Numbered from the stretch's first letter, positions 8,926 through 17,934 are shown. The stretch is 19,988 nt of DNA from an uncultured archaeon (GCA_964525635.1 CAZGJX010000084.1:1-19988), one strand, 5' to 3'. Numbers and translations are program-made. The notes: generated from the sequence alone by a model not told the origin.

Positions 8926-11346
8926 TTATACTAACTGCTCAACTTGTGGTTTCTCTTTTAGATCTATATCTTGAGCCGCCCAAAAAGATTGAATGCGCTT
9001 GATGACCTCTTGGGGTTCTTCAATTTTCCAATCGGTTGGAAGAACACTCTTATAATAGAGGGTGCTAAATCGATGTCCAATTAACATTACAAAACCACGA
9101 TCAGTTGATGTCCGGAATATTCGTCCCGCAGCCTGAATCACTTTCATCATACCAGGATTTCGATAAGCATATTCAAAACCTTTTTTCCATTTAAATTCAA
9201 AATACTTTCGCATTAATTCTTGTTCCATTGAAAAAGCGGGTAGTCCTGGACCGATAATGAAGGCTCCGATGGCCATATCTCCAATATAATCCACACCTTC
9301 ACTAAAGATTCCCCCATGCACTGCTAATAAAAGATATTTTTTATCTGGAGTCTGGAGTTTTTTTAAATACATTTTACGTTTTCTTTCACTCATTTGACGT
9401 TCTTGCACTATAAGCTCAACTGAAAGTGAGCAAGTTTCTATCTCTCGCTGGACTGCTTTAAGATATGCAAATGAAGGAAAAAAAGCTAAATAATTTCCAT
9501 TTTTAACATTCACGGCTTTACAAATTATGGAGGCAATTAGATCATACGACTCCCGACGGTTTTCATATTTTGTGGAAAGATTAGGCATGAGAAGATAAAG
9601 GCGATTTTGGTGAGAAAATGGGGAATTATATTGTATTATTTGTGCTGAGGGGGGAAACCCTACCATTTTTTGGAAATAATCGAGTGGAAATAAAGTTGCT
9701 GATTGCATTATGACCGAATGAAACCCTATGATTTGTTTTTCAAGTTTTGGTGCTGCAGATTTACATAATATTTTGATTTTCCCTTCTTTTATATACAATA
9801 ATTCATTATACTCAGGAGAATCACATTCTTGTAAGATCATGGAAAACTGGTGCAAATTTAAACCAAATTCTATTACCTTATCCTTTCCTCCAGGTTGACA
9901 TCCTTGTTGAAAAATGTATGCTTGAATATAATTTAAAATAAGTTGATCATAATCCTTTACTATTTTGTCGAAAAATTTTATATCAAATTTAACCAAAACA
10001 GGATTTTTTATTGATGAATCAGGAAATTGGCTAATTAGATTTGTAATGTAATTATATATCTGTTGATAAATAGTTATAAACTTCTGCTCAATAGACTTTG
10101 CTATACTTCTTGATTGTAAATAATTGGTACTTTCCGTTAGAGATTGTAATGTTATTTCTGGCGAATAATAAGTTATTGCTCGGGTGGGCAAATTATGGGC
10201 TTCATCGACAATTAATATGATATCATCATAAGTTTGGTGAAAAAACCGCTTCAACCGGATGTAAGGATGGAATACATAATTGTAATCCCCAACAATTACA
10301 TCACAAAAGAGAGCACAATCCAGAGAAATTTCAAAAGGGCAAACCATATGGCTTTTAGCTATTTTTCTAATATATCTAGCATTAATGACTTGTTTAGTGA
10401 GTAATTCTGAAATGACTTCATCCAATGGCACCTTCCCATAATTATTAAGATAGGGACATAATGAATTCTCACAGATAAAAACATCATTAATACAAATCTT
10501 TTCTTTAGCGGTGAGAATAATCGAATTAAATTTGGTTTTCTTTTTAATAAAAATCTTTAAAGTCTCCTGATATATATTTTGCTGGGTGGTTTTTGAGGTA
10601 ACCACGAATATTCGTAGATTTTTCTTTAAAGCATATTTTAGCGCAGGAAATAGAGTTGCAACTGTTTTTCCCAAACCAGAAGGTGCTAAAAGCATTAAAC
10701 GTTCTTTTCTTTGAAGACTTTTAATAGATTTTTGAATAATTTTTTCTTGATTTGGACGATATTCCTTAAAGGGAAAAACTACTGTATTGGCACGTAATTG
10801 TTGGTCTTTTTTTAATTTTTGATTAAATTCCCAAGAAATTAAAATAGTTTCACATTGTTTTTGAATATATTCCGAAAGATCTTGAGGGATAACATCAATA
10901 ATTTTAGTTTTTTCAGAAAAAACATCTATTAATACAAGATGACACTTAATCACCTTACCTAATTGGAGAAAATAATAACCATATAATAATAATTGTAAAC
11001 GATATTCATTAGCAGTTTGTGATTCAAGATCAAAGTCATCAAGGTTTAAGATTGATTTAATTTCTTCGATAATTTTAGTTCCTTCCTTTTCATAGACTAT
11101 ATCAGCACGTCCCGAAATGATAAATTTCCAACCTTGTACCTCTGTCTGATATTTTACTAAAACTTCACGTTGAAAATTCTTTTCAGTTTTCTCTCTTTTT
11201 TTTTGAAAAAATTGATGGATTTTAATTCCCTTTGAGGCTCGAATGCGAATTGGTATAGTCGAATTAAAAGGTCTATGAGTATAAGATGCAAAAATAATAT
11301 CTTTTATCAAAATATGGAATTCTTTATGTTCCTTGATGACTTTCAA
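8926..11346 (-). CDS. ATP-dependent DinG/Rad3/XPD-family Fe-S DNA helicase with N-terminal PD-(D/E)XK (Cas4-like fold) nuclease domain
   Basis: Nuclease motifs IH..E..SGRADIV..IIEEIKS..QLLLYG. Helicase motifs: Q motif (FPFKEYRPNQ), APSGLGKT, Fe-S Cys (KEKIC..C....CPY..CPFE), DEAH, SAT, FSEGVD and QAAGRIFR. Confidence 0.92.
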   Translation of the reverse strand: MKVIKEHKEFHILIKDIIFASYTHRPFNSTIPIRIRASKGIKIHQFFQKKREKTEKNFQREVLVKYQTEVQGWKFIISGRADIVYEKEGTKIIEEIKSILNLDDFDLESQTANEYRLQLLLYGYYFLQLGKVIKCHLVLIDVFSEKTKIIDVIPQDLSEYIQKQCETILISWEFNQKLKKDQQLRANTVVFPFKEYRPNQEKIIQKSIKSLQRKERLMLLAPSGLGKTVATLFPALKYALKKNLRIFVVTSKTTQQNIYQETLKIFIKKKTKFNSIILTAKEKICINDVFICENSLCPYLNNYGKVPLDEVISELLTKQVINARYIRKIAKSHMVCPFEISLDCALFCDVIVGDYNYVFHPYIRLKRFFHQTYDDIILIVDEAHNLPTRAITYYSPEITLQSLTESTNYLQSRSIAKSIEQKFITIYQQIYNYITNLISQFPDSSIKNPVLVKFDIKFFDKIVKDYDQLILNYIQAYIFQQGCQPGGKDKVIEFGLNLHQFSMILQECDSPEYNELLYIKEGKIKILCKSAAPKLEKQIIGFHSVIMQSATLFPLDYFQKMVGFPPSAQIIQYNSPFSHQNRLYLLMPNLSTKYENRRESYDLIASIICKAVNVKNGNYLAFFPSFAYLKAVQREIETCSLSVELIVQERQMSERKRKMYLKKLQTPDKKYLLLAVHGGIFSEGVDYIGDMAIGAFIIGPGLPAFSMEQELMRKYFEFKWKKGFEYAYRNPGMMKVIQAAGRIFRTSTDRGFVMLIGHRFSTLYYKSVLPTDWKIEEPQEVIKRIQSFWAAQDIDLKEKPQVEQLV

Positions 11347-11533
11347 ATTTGTTAATCACTAACATAAACAAATTTATTGATTATATTAAAAAACCGCCCT
11401 ACAAAGAATTATTAAATTATTGAGATATAAATAAAAACATTTGATAATATTCATTATATTACTTTAGTGATTTCAGTTAATCCAAATAACTAGCTTTTAT
11501 TTTATTATTAGAAACTTATTGAAATAATAATTA

Positions 11534-11884
11534 TCATAAACGAATTTTCGTTCCACATATCATACAAAAATTAGCATTTTTCATGTGTTTATTACCACAA
11601 ATAGGACAGCAATCTATTTTTCTTAAATCAGATATTGATTGTTTAGATTCATCTTCAAAAAAAAAAATATCTTCAATTCGACAATTAAAAACTCGAGAAA
11701 GTTTAAAAGCTAACTCAATAGAAGGATTATAACGTCCTTTCTCGATAGCAAGTATTGTTTGTCTTGATACATTAACTAATTGGGAAAGAGCAAATTGAGT
11801 AAGATCAAATCTTGCCCGAAATTCTTTTATTCTGTTTTTCAACTTTATTACCTTAATTAATTGATTGTTAATTTTGTTTTTCAA
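11534..11884 (-). CDS. XRE/Cro-family HTH regulator with C-terminal zinc ribbon
   Basis: LKNRIKEFRARFDLTQFALSQLVNVSRQTILAIEKGRYNPSIELAFKLSRVFNCRIEDIF, followed by CPICG-x8-FCMICG. The true start is uncertain and may be near LKNRIK. Confidence 0.9.
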   Translation of the reverse strand: MKNKINNQLIKVIKLKNRIKEFRARFDLTQFALSQLVNVSRQTILAIEKGRYNPSIELAFKLSRVFNCRIEDIFFFEDESKQSISDLRKIDCCPICGNKHMKNANFCMICGTKIRL

Positions 11885-11939
11885 CTGAGTTGTGATTCTA
11901 ATTTAGGAAAAAAAAAATATTTTTGTTATCTTCATCAGA

Positions 11940-12362
11940 TCAAGATAACTTTTTTTGGATGTGCTTTGATATTCCAGATACTATATTGAATGATATAACA
12001 CCAGCAAGTAAAAAAACATAAATAGGTATATCCCCTGCATCTGGAAGTGCCATATCTATTAGACATAAGTTTATTTGTACAATCAATAGAGCAAAAAATC
12101 CATGAGTATTGGCTTTATAGCGGATTTTAATAAGCCTCTCATCGTAATCCCTTTTATCCTGACGTGATATTATAAATGAAGATATAAATAAGATCCCACT
12201 TATAATTATAAATAAAATACCAATGATAATTCCCCGTGAAAGGACCTCAGAAAGCTCTAAAATTAAAAAGATTATTCCTTCTATTATATAAATTAATCCA
12301 ACAATTAAACTAATTATTATCCATTCTGTTTTATTATCTAAATTCTTGATTTTTTTAATCAT
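11940..12362 (-). CDS. DUF2178-like 4-TM membrane protein
   Basis: DERLIKIRYKA motif between TM pairs. It lies immediately upstream of an XRE HTH gene, the usual context for this family. Confidence 0.75.
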   Translation of the reverse strand: MIKKIKNLDNKTEWIIISLIVGLIYIIEGIIFLILELSEVLSRGIIIGILFIIISGILFISSFIISRQDKRDYDERLIKIRYKANTHGFFALLIVQINLCLIDMALPDAGDIPIYVFLLAGVISFNIVSGISKHIQKKLS

Positions 12363-12417
12363 AATATCCCTTTATAGAGTATTATTTTATATTCAAATTG
12401 TTAAAAAATATATCCTA

Positions 12418-12439
12418 AATGTAAAACATTCTTTACATT
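12418..12439. promoter_or_regulatory. Palindromic operator AATGTAAA-N6-TTTACATT, probably bound by the XRE regulator
   Basis: Perfect 8-bp inverted repeat with a 6-bp spacer, 56 bp upstream of the 12362 start and about 24 bp downstream of a TATA box. Confidence 0.7.
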
Positions 12440-12461
12440 ATAACTAGAAAATTTAACATTG

Positions 12462-12477
12462 TTATATAAACTTTTCC
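12462..12477 (-). promoter_or_regulatory. Archaeal BRE/TATA promoter of the DUF2178-XRE operon
   Basis: The minus strand reads GGAAAAG-TTTATATAA, a purine-rich BRE followed by a TATA box. Confidence 0.55.
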
Positions 12478-13066
12478 AATGATTACTCAAAAATTAGAAA
12501 TAATGTTTTTAAATAAGGTATTTAGAGATTAGAATAATGGAAAGAGGATTAAATCTGATTTAATTCATTTTATTTACTCTTTAAGTAAAAGATCTATTAA
12601 TTTATAGAAAAAAATTAGAAGTTCTACAAGAAAAAATAGATAGAATTATTACAACCTTACTTTAATATTAAGGATTAAATATAAAGACAAGTTCCTTATA
12701 AAAACAGTATTTCAGAAGAAATGAAATATTTGAATATTTCTTCATATTTTTTTTGTTATTTTATGAAATTCTGAAATATATAATAATCTAATTTTCATAT
12801 CCTATTATTCTTCTCTGTTTATATTAATATAATAAAATTAAGAAATCAAAGAAATAATACTATTTAATTATAAGAAATATTGAGAGAAAATATTTGCTTT
12901 TTTTTAAAAAATCTCGCATTTATTTAGAAAGATGAGAGCTTAGAGATTTTTTTTAATAATTTATTTTATTATTGTTAGGTGTTTTTTACACAAATGTCTA
13001 AATTAATAAACAACCAATGCTATCCTTTTTTTAATAATATTTATATTAAATATTAAGATTTTATTA

Positions 13067-13087
13067 GGTCAATATTCAATATTGTCC
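13067..13087. promoter_or_regulatory. Imperfect palindrome GGtCAATATTcAATATTGtCC, candidate transcription factor site
   Basis: 9 of 10 positions are symmetric. It lies about 137 bp upstream of the surface protein gene. Confidence 0.35.
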
Positions 13088-13223
13088 CATATACCTTTAT
13101 TAATATAGATTTTTTTTTATATATAATACCAATTTAAATAAAATTTAAATTTTATTTGTTAAAAATAAAGATCTTCTAAGCTATTATTGGATAAATAAAT
13201 ATAATCTAAATAAATGATTTTCA

Positions 13224-16007
13224 ATGAAAAAAAATTCTAATAGTAAATTATTTTTATTAATTTTTATGATTTTATGTATTGCCTCCTCAAGTTTACAACT
13301 AGAAATAAGCTTAGATTCATTTAAACCACAAAAAGAAAATGAATTAAATTATCCTTCAACTGCTGGCGGTCCGGGATTAGAATGGATGAGAACTTGGGGC
13401 GGAACTACTCCATTTGATGTATGGGATGGTATATATTATTATAAAGATTTTGGTCATGATGTTGCAATAGATTCCCAAAATAATATATATATTGCTGGTG
13501 AAACTGCATATGGAAGTGGCAAAAATGATTTTTGTTTAGTGAAGTATGATTCTGAAGGAAATGAGTTATGGAGTAGAATTTGGGGAGGAGATCGTTATGA
13601 TTCTGTTTATGGAGTGGCTGTTGATTCTGAAGATAATGTCTATATTTCTGGAGATTATCATTTTTATATCGCCCAAGAATCTGTAGATGGACAAATTGCA
13701 ACCATTAAATATAGTAGTAATGGAACAAAATTGTGGGAAAATATCTGGGGAGGCTCTGGAGAAGAAGAATGTAAAGGGTTGGTTGTAGATTCTGAAGATA
13801 ATATTTACATAGGAGGGGAACAGGATGAAAATTTCTTATTACTAAAATATAATAAATTGGGAACCCTTATATGGTCACGAATAATAAGTGGTTCAAATCC
13901 AGATTGGTGCTATGATATTGCAATAGATCCTAATGAAAATATAATTTTGACAGGAGTTACTAATAGTTTTGGTACATTTGGTCATTTTAATACATTTATT
14001 GTAAAATATAATAAAAATGGTGTAAAATTATGGCAGACTACATATAGCGGAGCATTTGAGAGTTGGGGATATGAAGTTACTACGGATTCTTATAATGATA
14101 TATATATTTTAGGTAATACTGATGAAACTGGTTCTGATCAACTATCATTATTAAAATATTCCTCATCGGGAAGTCTTTTATGGAAAAAAAATTGGAGTGG
14201 TCGAGGATATTTACAAAAATCTAGATTTAACTCCCATAATGGTGATTTAGCTGTAAATTCTGAAGATTTAATTTTCTTTACAACTACTTCTAGAACTTTA
14301 TGGGTTTATAATAGGACGGGAGATTTTCAATCAGCGTTTGATTACTCTCCTAGTGGGATTATTGATTGTAATGCGATCTCATTCGATTCTGAAGAAAATA
14401 TATTTTTAGGCGGTGCTAAGCTAATCGGTTATGACTATTTATGTTTAGTTAAATATAATCCTTCGAGACCTCCCAATATATCTATATCATTTCCAAAAAA
14501 TATGGAAATCTTTAGTTACGATGCTCCATTTTTTAATATTTCTTATTCTGATCCTGATATAGATTATTCATGGTATACTCTTAATAATTCATCTAATAAA
14601 TATTATATTCAGAACAACCATGAGCGAATAAATCAAACAGCTTGGAATCTATTAGATGAGGGTATCATCTCAATAAGTTTTTATGCTAATGATTCACTAG
14701 GCCAAACAGGAGTAAGGAAAGTTTTTGTAGTTAAAGATACAACTCCACCAACCATTGATATTTTATCTCCAATAGCAAATCAATTATGTGGTAAGAATAC
14801 TATTAATTATAATATCATTATTAATGATCCTCATTTAAATATGACATGGTATACATTAAATGGAGAAGGTTTTAATCTGTTTGAAGGGAATTCTGGAACA
14901 ATTAATCAATCAGCATGGGATGAATGTGGAAATGGTACTGTACTTATAAGATTTTATGCAAATGATTCTGTAAATAATCTACATTATGAAGAAATTAGTG
15001 TGAGAAAAAGTATTCAATTTCCTCAGATAACTATAGAAACACCTATATCAAATCAATTATGTGGTAAGAATACTATTGATTTTGAACTTACTATAGATAG
15101 TCCTAATTTAAATAAGACATGGTATACGTTAAATGGAGAAGGTTTTAATCTGTTTGAAGGAAATTCTGGAACAATCAATCAATCAGCATGGGATGAATGT
15201 GGAAATGGTACTGTAGTGATAAGTTTTTATGCAAATAATACCGAAGGAAATATAGGTTGTGAAGAGATTACCGTCAGGAAAGATATTCTCCCACCTGATA
15301 TAATTTTTGAATTTTCTACTGAATTTTTAAATACAACTCATCCAGAATATTTCCATAATTACTTAAAAATTAGTTGTGAAGTTTTTGATAGTATAGATAT
15401 TATTTGGGTTTATCTATGTGAAAATTCTTCAGGTTCATTCTTAAATCATCAAATGATAAATACAGAATTTAATATTTGGTCATTTGATTTAAACATTTCT
15501 AATTTAGATTGGAATGAAATCTTTTCATTTTATTTTAATTCTAGTGATTTAAATGGAAATATTGGGATAAATGATAATTTAACAATACCTTATATCATTA
15601 AAATCTATGATCTTCAACCCCCTGTAACTCAAATTCATTTGGAAAATAATATTGATGTCAATGTTGTTGATAAAAATACGATCTTTTACTTATACGCTGA
15701 AGATGAATGTTCAGGAATTAACATAATATTATATAGAATTAACAATTTAGAATGGATTGCATATGAAGAACCATTTAAATTACACAATTTAAAGAGTGGA
15801 GAGTATATTATTTATTTTTATTCTATTGATAATGATGGAAATGTCGAAGAAATAAAAGAATTTACATTTATATATAAAGGAGAAAAATCATCTAGTCTAC
15901 TGGTATCTGGTTATGAAATCACTATAATTATTTCTATGATGATTGTAATACAAATAATTTATGCATCTAAACATTATTTCAAATCTCGAAGAAAAACACT
16001 TTCTTAA
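13224..16007 (+). CDS. Cell-surface glycoprotein: signal peptide, SBBP-type beta-propeller, tandem Ig-like domains, C-terminal GY-TM-basic anchor (Loki-CTERM-like)
   Basis: Basic/hydrophobic N-terminus. Repeated VAIDS..NIYI.G / LVKY...G..LW...WGG blades. Three WYTLN..INQ.AW..G...I.FYAND repeats, a final D..PP.T..SG...YRIN..YSIDNDGNVE domain, and the tail VSGY + TM + KSRRK. Many N-x-S/T sequons. Confidence 0.88.
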   Translation: MKKNSNSKLFLLIFMILCIASSSLQLEISLDSFKPQKENELNYPSTAGGPGLEWMRTWGGTTPFDVWDGIYYYKDFGHDVAIDSQNNIYIAGETAYGSGKNDFCLVKYDSEGNELWSRIWGGDRYDSVYGVAVDSEDNVYISGDYHFYIAQESVDGQIATIKYSSNGTKLWENIWGGSGEEECKGLVVDSEDNIYIGGEQDENFLLLKYNKLGTLIWSRIISGSNPDWCYDIAIDPNENIILTGVTNSFGTFGHFNTFIVKYNKNGVKLWQTTYSGAFESWGYEVTTDSYNDIYILGNTDETGSDQLSLLKYSSSGSLLWKKNWSGRGYLQKSRFNSHNGDLAVNSEDLIFFTTTSRTLWVYNRTGDFQSAFDYSPSGIIDCNAISFDSEENIFLGGAKLIGYDYLCLVKYNPSRPPNISISFPKNMEIFSYDAPFFNISYSDPDIDYSWYTLNNSSNKYYIQNNHERINQTAWNLLDEGIISISFYANDSLGQTGVRKVFVVKDTTPPTIDILSPIANQLCGKNTINYNIIINDPHLNMTWYTLNGEGFNLFEGNSGTINQSAWDECGNGTVLIRFYANDSVNNLHYEEISVRKSIQFPQITIETPISNQLCGKNTIDFELTIDSPNLNKTWYTLNGEGFNLFEGNSGTINQSAWDECGNGTVVISFYANNTEGNIGCEEITVRKDILPPDIIFEFSTEFLNTTHPEYFHNYLKISCEVFDSIDIIWVYLCENSSGSFLNHQMINTEFNIWSFDLNISNLDWNEIFSFYFNSSDLNGNIGINDNLTIPYIIKIYDLQPPVTQIHLENNIDVNVVDKNTIFYLYAEDECSGINIILYRINNLEWIAYEEPFKLHNLKSGEYIIYFYSIDNDGNVEEIKEFTFIYKGEKSSSLLVSGYEITIIISMMIVIQIIYASKHYFKSRRKTLS
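14776..15234 (+). repeat. Intragenic tandem duplication, 273-bp (91-aa) period
   Basis: 14843-14942 and 15116-15215 match at 97 of 100 nt. caaatcaattatgtggtaagaatactatt is identical at 14776 and 15049. Confidence 0.92.
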
Positions 16008-16334
16008 AATTTTTCTTATTATTTTTTTTTTAATTATTAATGAATATATCTAATTGCGATTATATAGATAATTTTAAACTATTATCATAAATTTAAATTA
16101 TTTGAGCTTTTTTATTATATATCTTTTTTATCGATCCTTTGATTTTAGTTTATTTCTTGTTAATAATTTATAAAATAAAGGAATTAAAGAATTGATCAAT
16201 TTTTTTTCACATATCGAGGTTTACCTATTAAAATTCCTTTATTAATTTCTTCTCTATAATTTAATTTTCGATTCGATGGAAGTTCTAATAATTTTTTTTC
16301 TATTTTTGAATGATTTTTTAAGAGTTCTTTAAAT

Positions 16335-17546
16335 TCAACCTTTTACTTTTAGATTCGTTCTCTTTCTAAGCGTGGCTTTGAGAATTAGAGTTTCAATGCG
16401 TCGTAAAGCAACAATATCTTTTTTTGGAATGAGTTCATAAAGTTCCTCAAGTTCCTCCAAGTTAAGAAGCTTAAAGAAATCATTTTTTAATAAATATCGA
16501 TAGGCTTCAAAATTATCTTCTTTTAGATACAAAATAATTTCTTTCTTGATGATTTTTTTTGCTCTAGTAATCCCCCTTTCAATTAATTCTTTTAGAAGTG
16601 GGTACCATAACCTTCTTTTTTCCATGAAGGCGAAGTTCACGTTTTTATCAAGCCATTCTTCAAATAATACTTCTAATTCCTCATTTGAAAAGAGCTTAAG
16701 ATATTTCTCATTTAGATAAAAAATAATTGTATTATGATTGTTTGAAGCAATTCTCTGTGCGATGCTTTCCTTCAATCGAATAATAGCTTTTTTATCTCCT
16801 AAGAATGCCATTTTTTTAAGTAATGGAATTGACAAACTACTATGTAAAATTCTGAGATCATAATCATGTTCATACCACGCCTGGAGATTAGAACAATGGC
16901 CGATAAATTCAGATTCAGGATCAATTAGTTCATGATTTCTTTCATGTATTTTATCTATTTTGTTATAAATCTCAAACGCCTCGTCAATTGAATCAATATA
17001 ATCAAATTTAGCAAAATCCTTTTGAGTGAGGTTCATGAGCAAATACTTGCATTGATGAAAGGGATTTTCATCTGCATAAATTACCGTTTGCCCCTTAATT
17101 AATTTTAACGTGAGATGTTCATTAATTCGATATTCTCTCTCCTCAGGATAGTTTTCTTTTTCTTTTTTTTCTAATCTTTCACTATTGCGTATATATTTCA
17201 TGTCTGCTAATCTTTCTTTAACTTCCATTGATTCCATATTAAATGCATCAAGAAATTCATGAAGTTCATCTCCTTGGTCAATCGATACAATTTTACATTG
17301 ATGATAACGAGAATCTTTCAATAATTCTCCTTGTAGATCTCGTGCAACAAAAGTACTTATAAATCTTTTTTTTACAGGAGATTTTGCACCTTTCCAAATG
17401 AAGATCCTTCTTAAGTCTTCTCGGACGAGCAATAAAACTTGTTCTGGACGGATATTTTGCGCTAAATCCCTTTCAGAGAAATTAAGCTCTTTTTTTTTCC
17501 CGCTATCATCAAGTTCATAGGCAAAGAAAATCCTTAATTCAACCAT
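16335..17546 (-). CDS. Gelsolin-like domain fused to a Lokiarchaeal 'HCSNLQAW' domain and duplicated helical repeats
   Basis: aa ~30-103 (QVLLLV..RRIFIWKGAKSPVKKRF..A..L..IVSIDQGDELHEFLDAF) fit the gelsolin core (IFIWxG..S..K and xQGxE..EF). aa 137-250 read EYRINEHLTLKL..T.IY....F.QCKYLL..DSIDEA..EFIGHCSNLQAWYEHDYD.RILHS.L..PLLKK. Confidence 0.82.
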   Translation of the reverse strand: MVELRIFFAYELDDSGKKKELNFSERDLAQNIRPEQVLLLVREDLRRIFIWKGAKSPVKKRFISTFVARDLQGELLKDSRYHQCKIVSIDQGDELHEFLDAFNMESMEVKERLADMKYIRNSERLEKKEKENYPEEREYRINEHLTLKLIKGQTVIYADENPFHQCKYLLMNLTQKDFAKFDYIDSIDEAFEIYNKIDKIHERNHELIDPESEFIGHCSNLQAWYEHDYDLRILHSSLSIPLLKKMAFLGDKKAIIRLKESIAQRIASNNHNTIIFYLNEKYLKLFSNEELEVLFEEWLDKNVNFAFMEKRRLWYPLLKELIERGITRAKKIIKKEIILYLKEDNFEAYRYLLKNDFFKLLNLEELEELYELIPKKDIVALRRIETLILKATLRKRTNLKVKG

Positions 17547-17934
17547 ATCATGTTAAAAAACAAATAATCAACTATAAAAATTTCTCTAATATTTAATATA
17601 AGTTATTTAAAATAAGTTAGTATATATAAAAATCTTTAGAAAGAAATATAAAGTATGGTTTCACTTAAAGTTCAATTCAATAGAATTATCTGATAAACTT
17701 TATATTATCAAAACATATTTTTGTTATTTCATTTTCTAAAACCACACAAATTTTGAGAGTTTCTAAAAATAGATCAGAATCATCTATAAAGAGGATTATC
17801 GCATTTTCATTTTCTATTTTTCATAAATAAGCTAAAATTTTTCATAAATAATACAAAATTTTCTCCAACTTCTGAAAAAAAAAAAATCGGACTTTACAAT
17901 ATTAAAATAATATTCTATAAATCTTCTTCTTACT

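Noticed and set aside
10880-11346. Cas4/CasDinG as part of a CRISPR system
   Set aside because: No repeat-spacer array or other cas genes, and the nuclease domain lacks the Cas4 Fe-S cysteine pattern.
12500-13000. Short coding-like fragments and AT-rich inverted repeats in the long intergenic region
   Set aside because: Multiple stops in all frames examined; such repeats are expected by chance at this AT content.
13405-13701. 98-aa His/Gln-rich minus-strand ORF
   Set aside because: Its composition is explained by being antisense to the beta-propeller codons.
14843-15215. Possible DGR template/variable repeat pair
   Set aside because: Both copies are in-frame coding, the 3 differences are synonymous and not adenine-specific, and there is no reverse transcriptase in the window.
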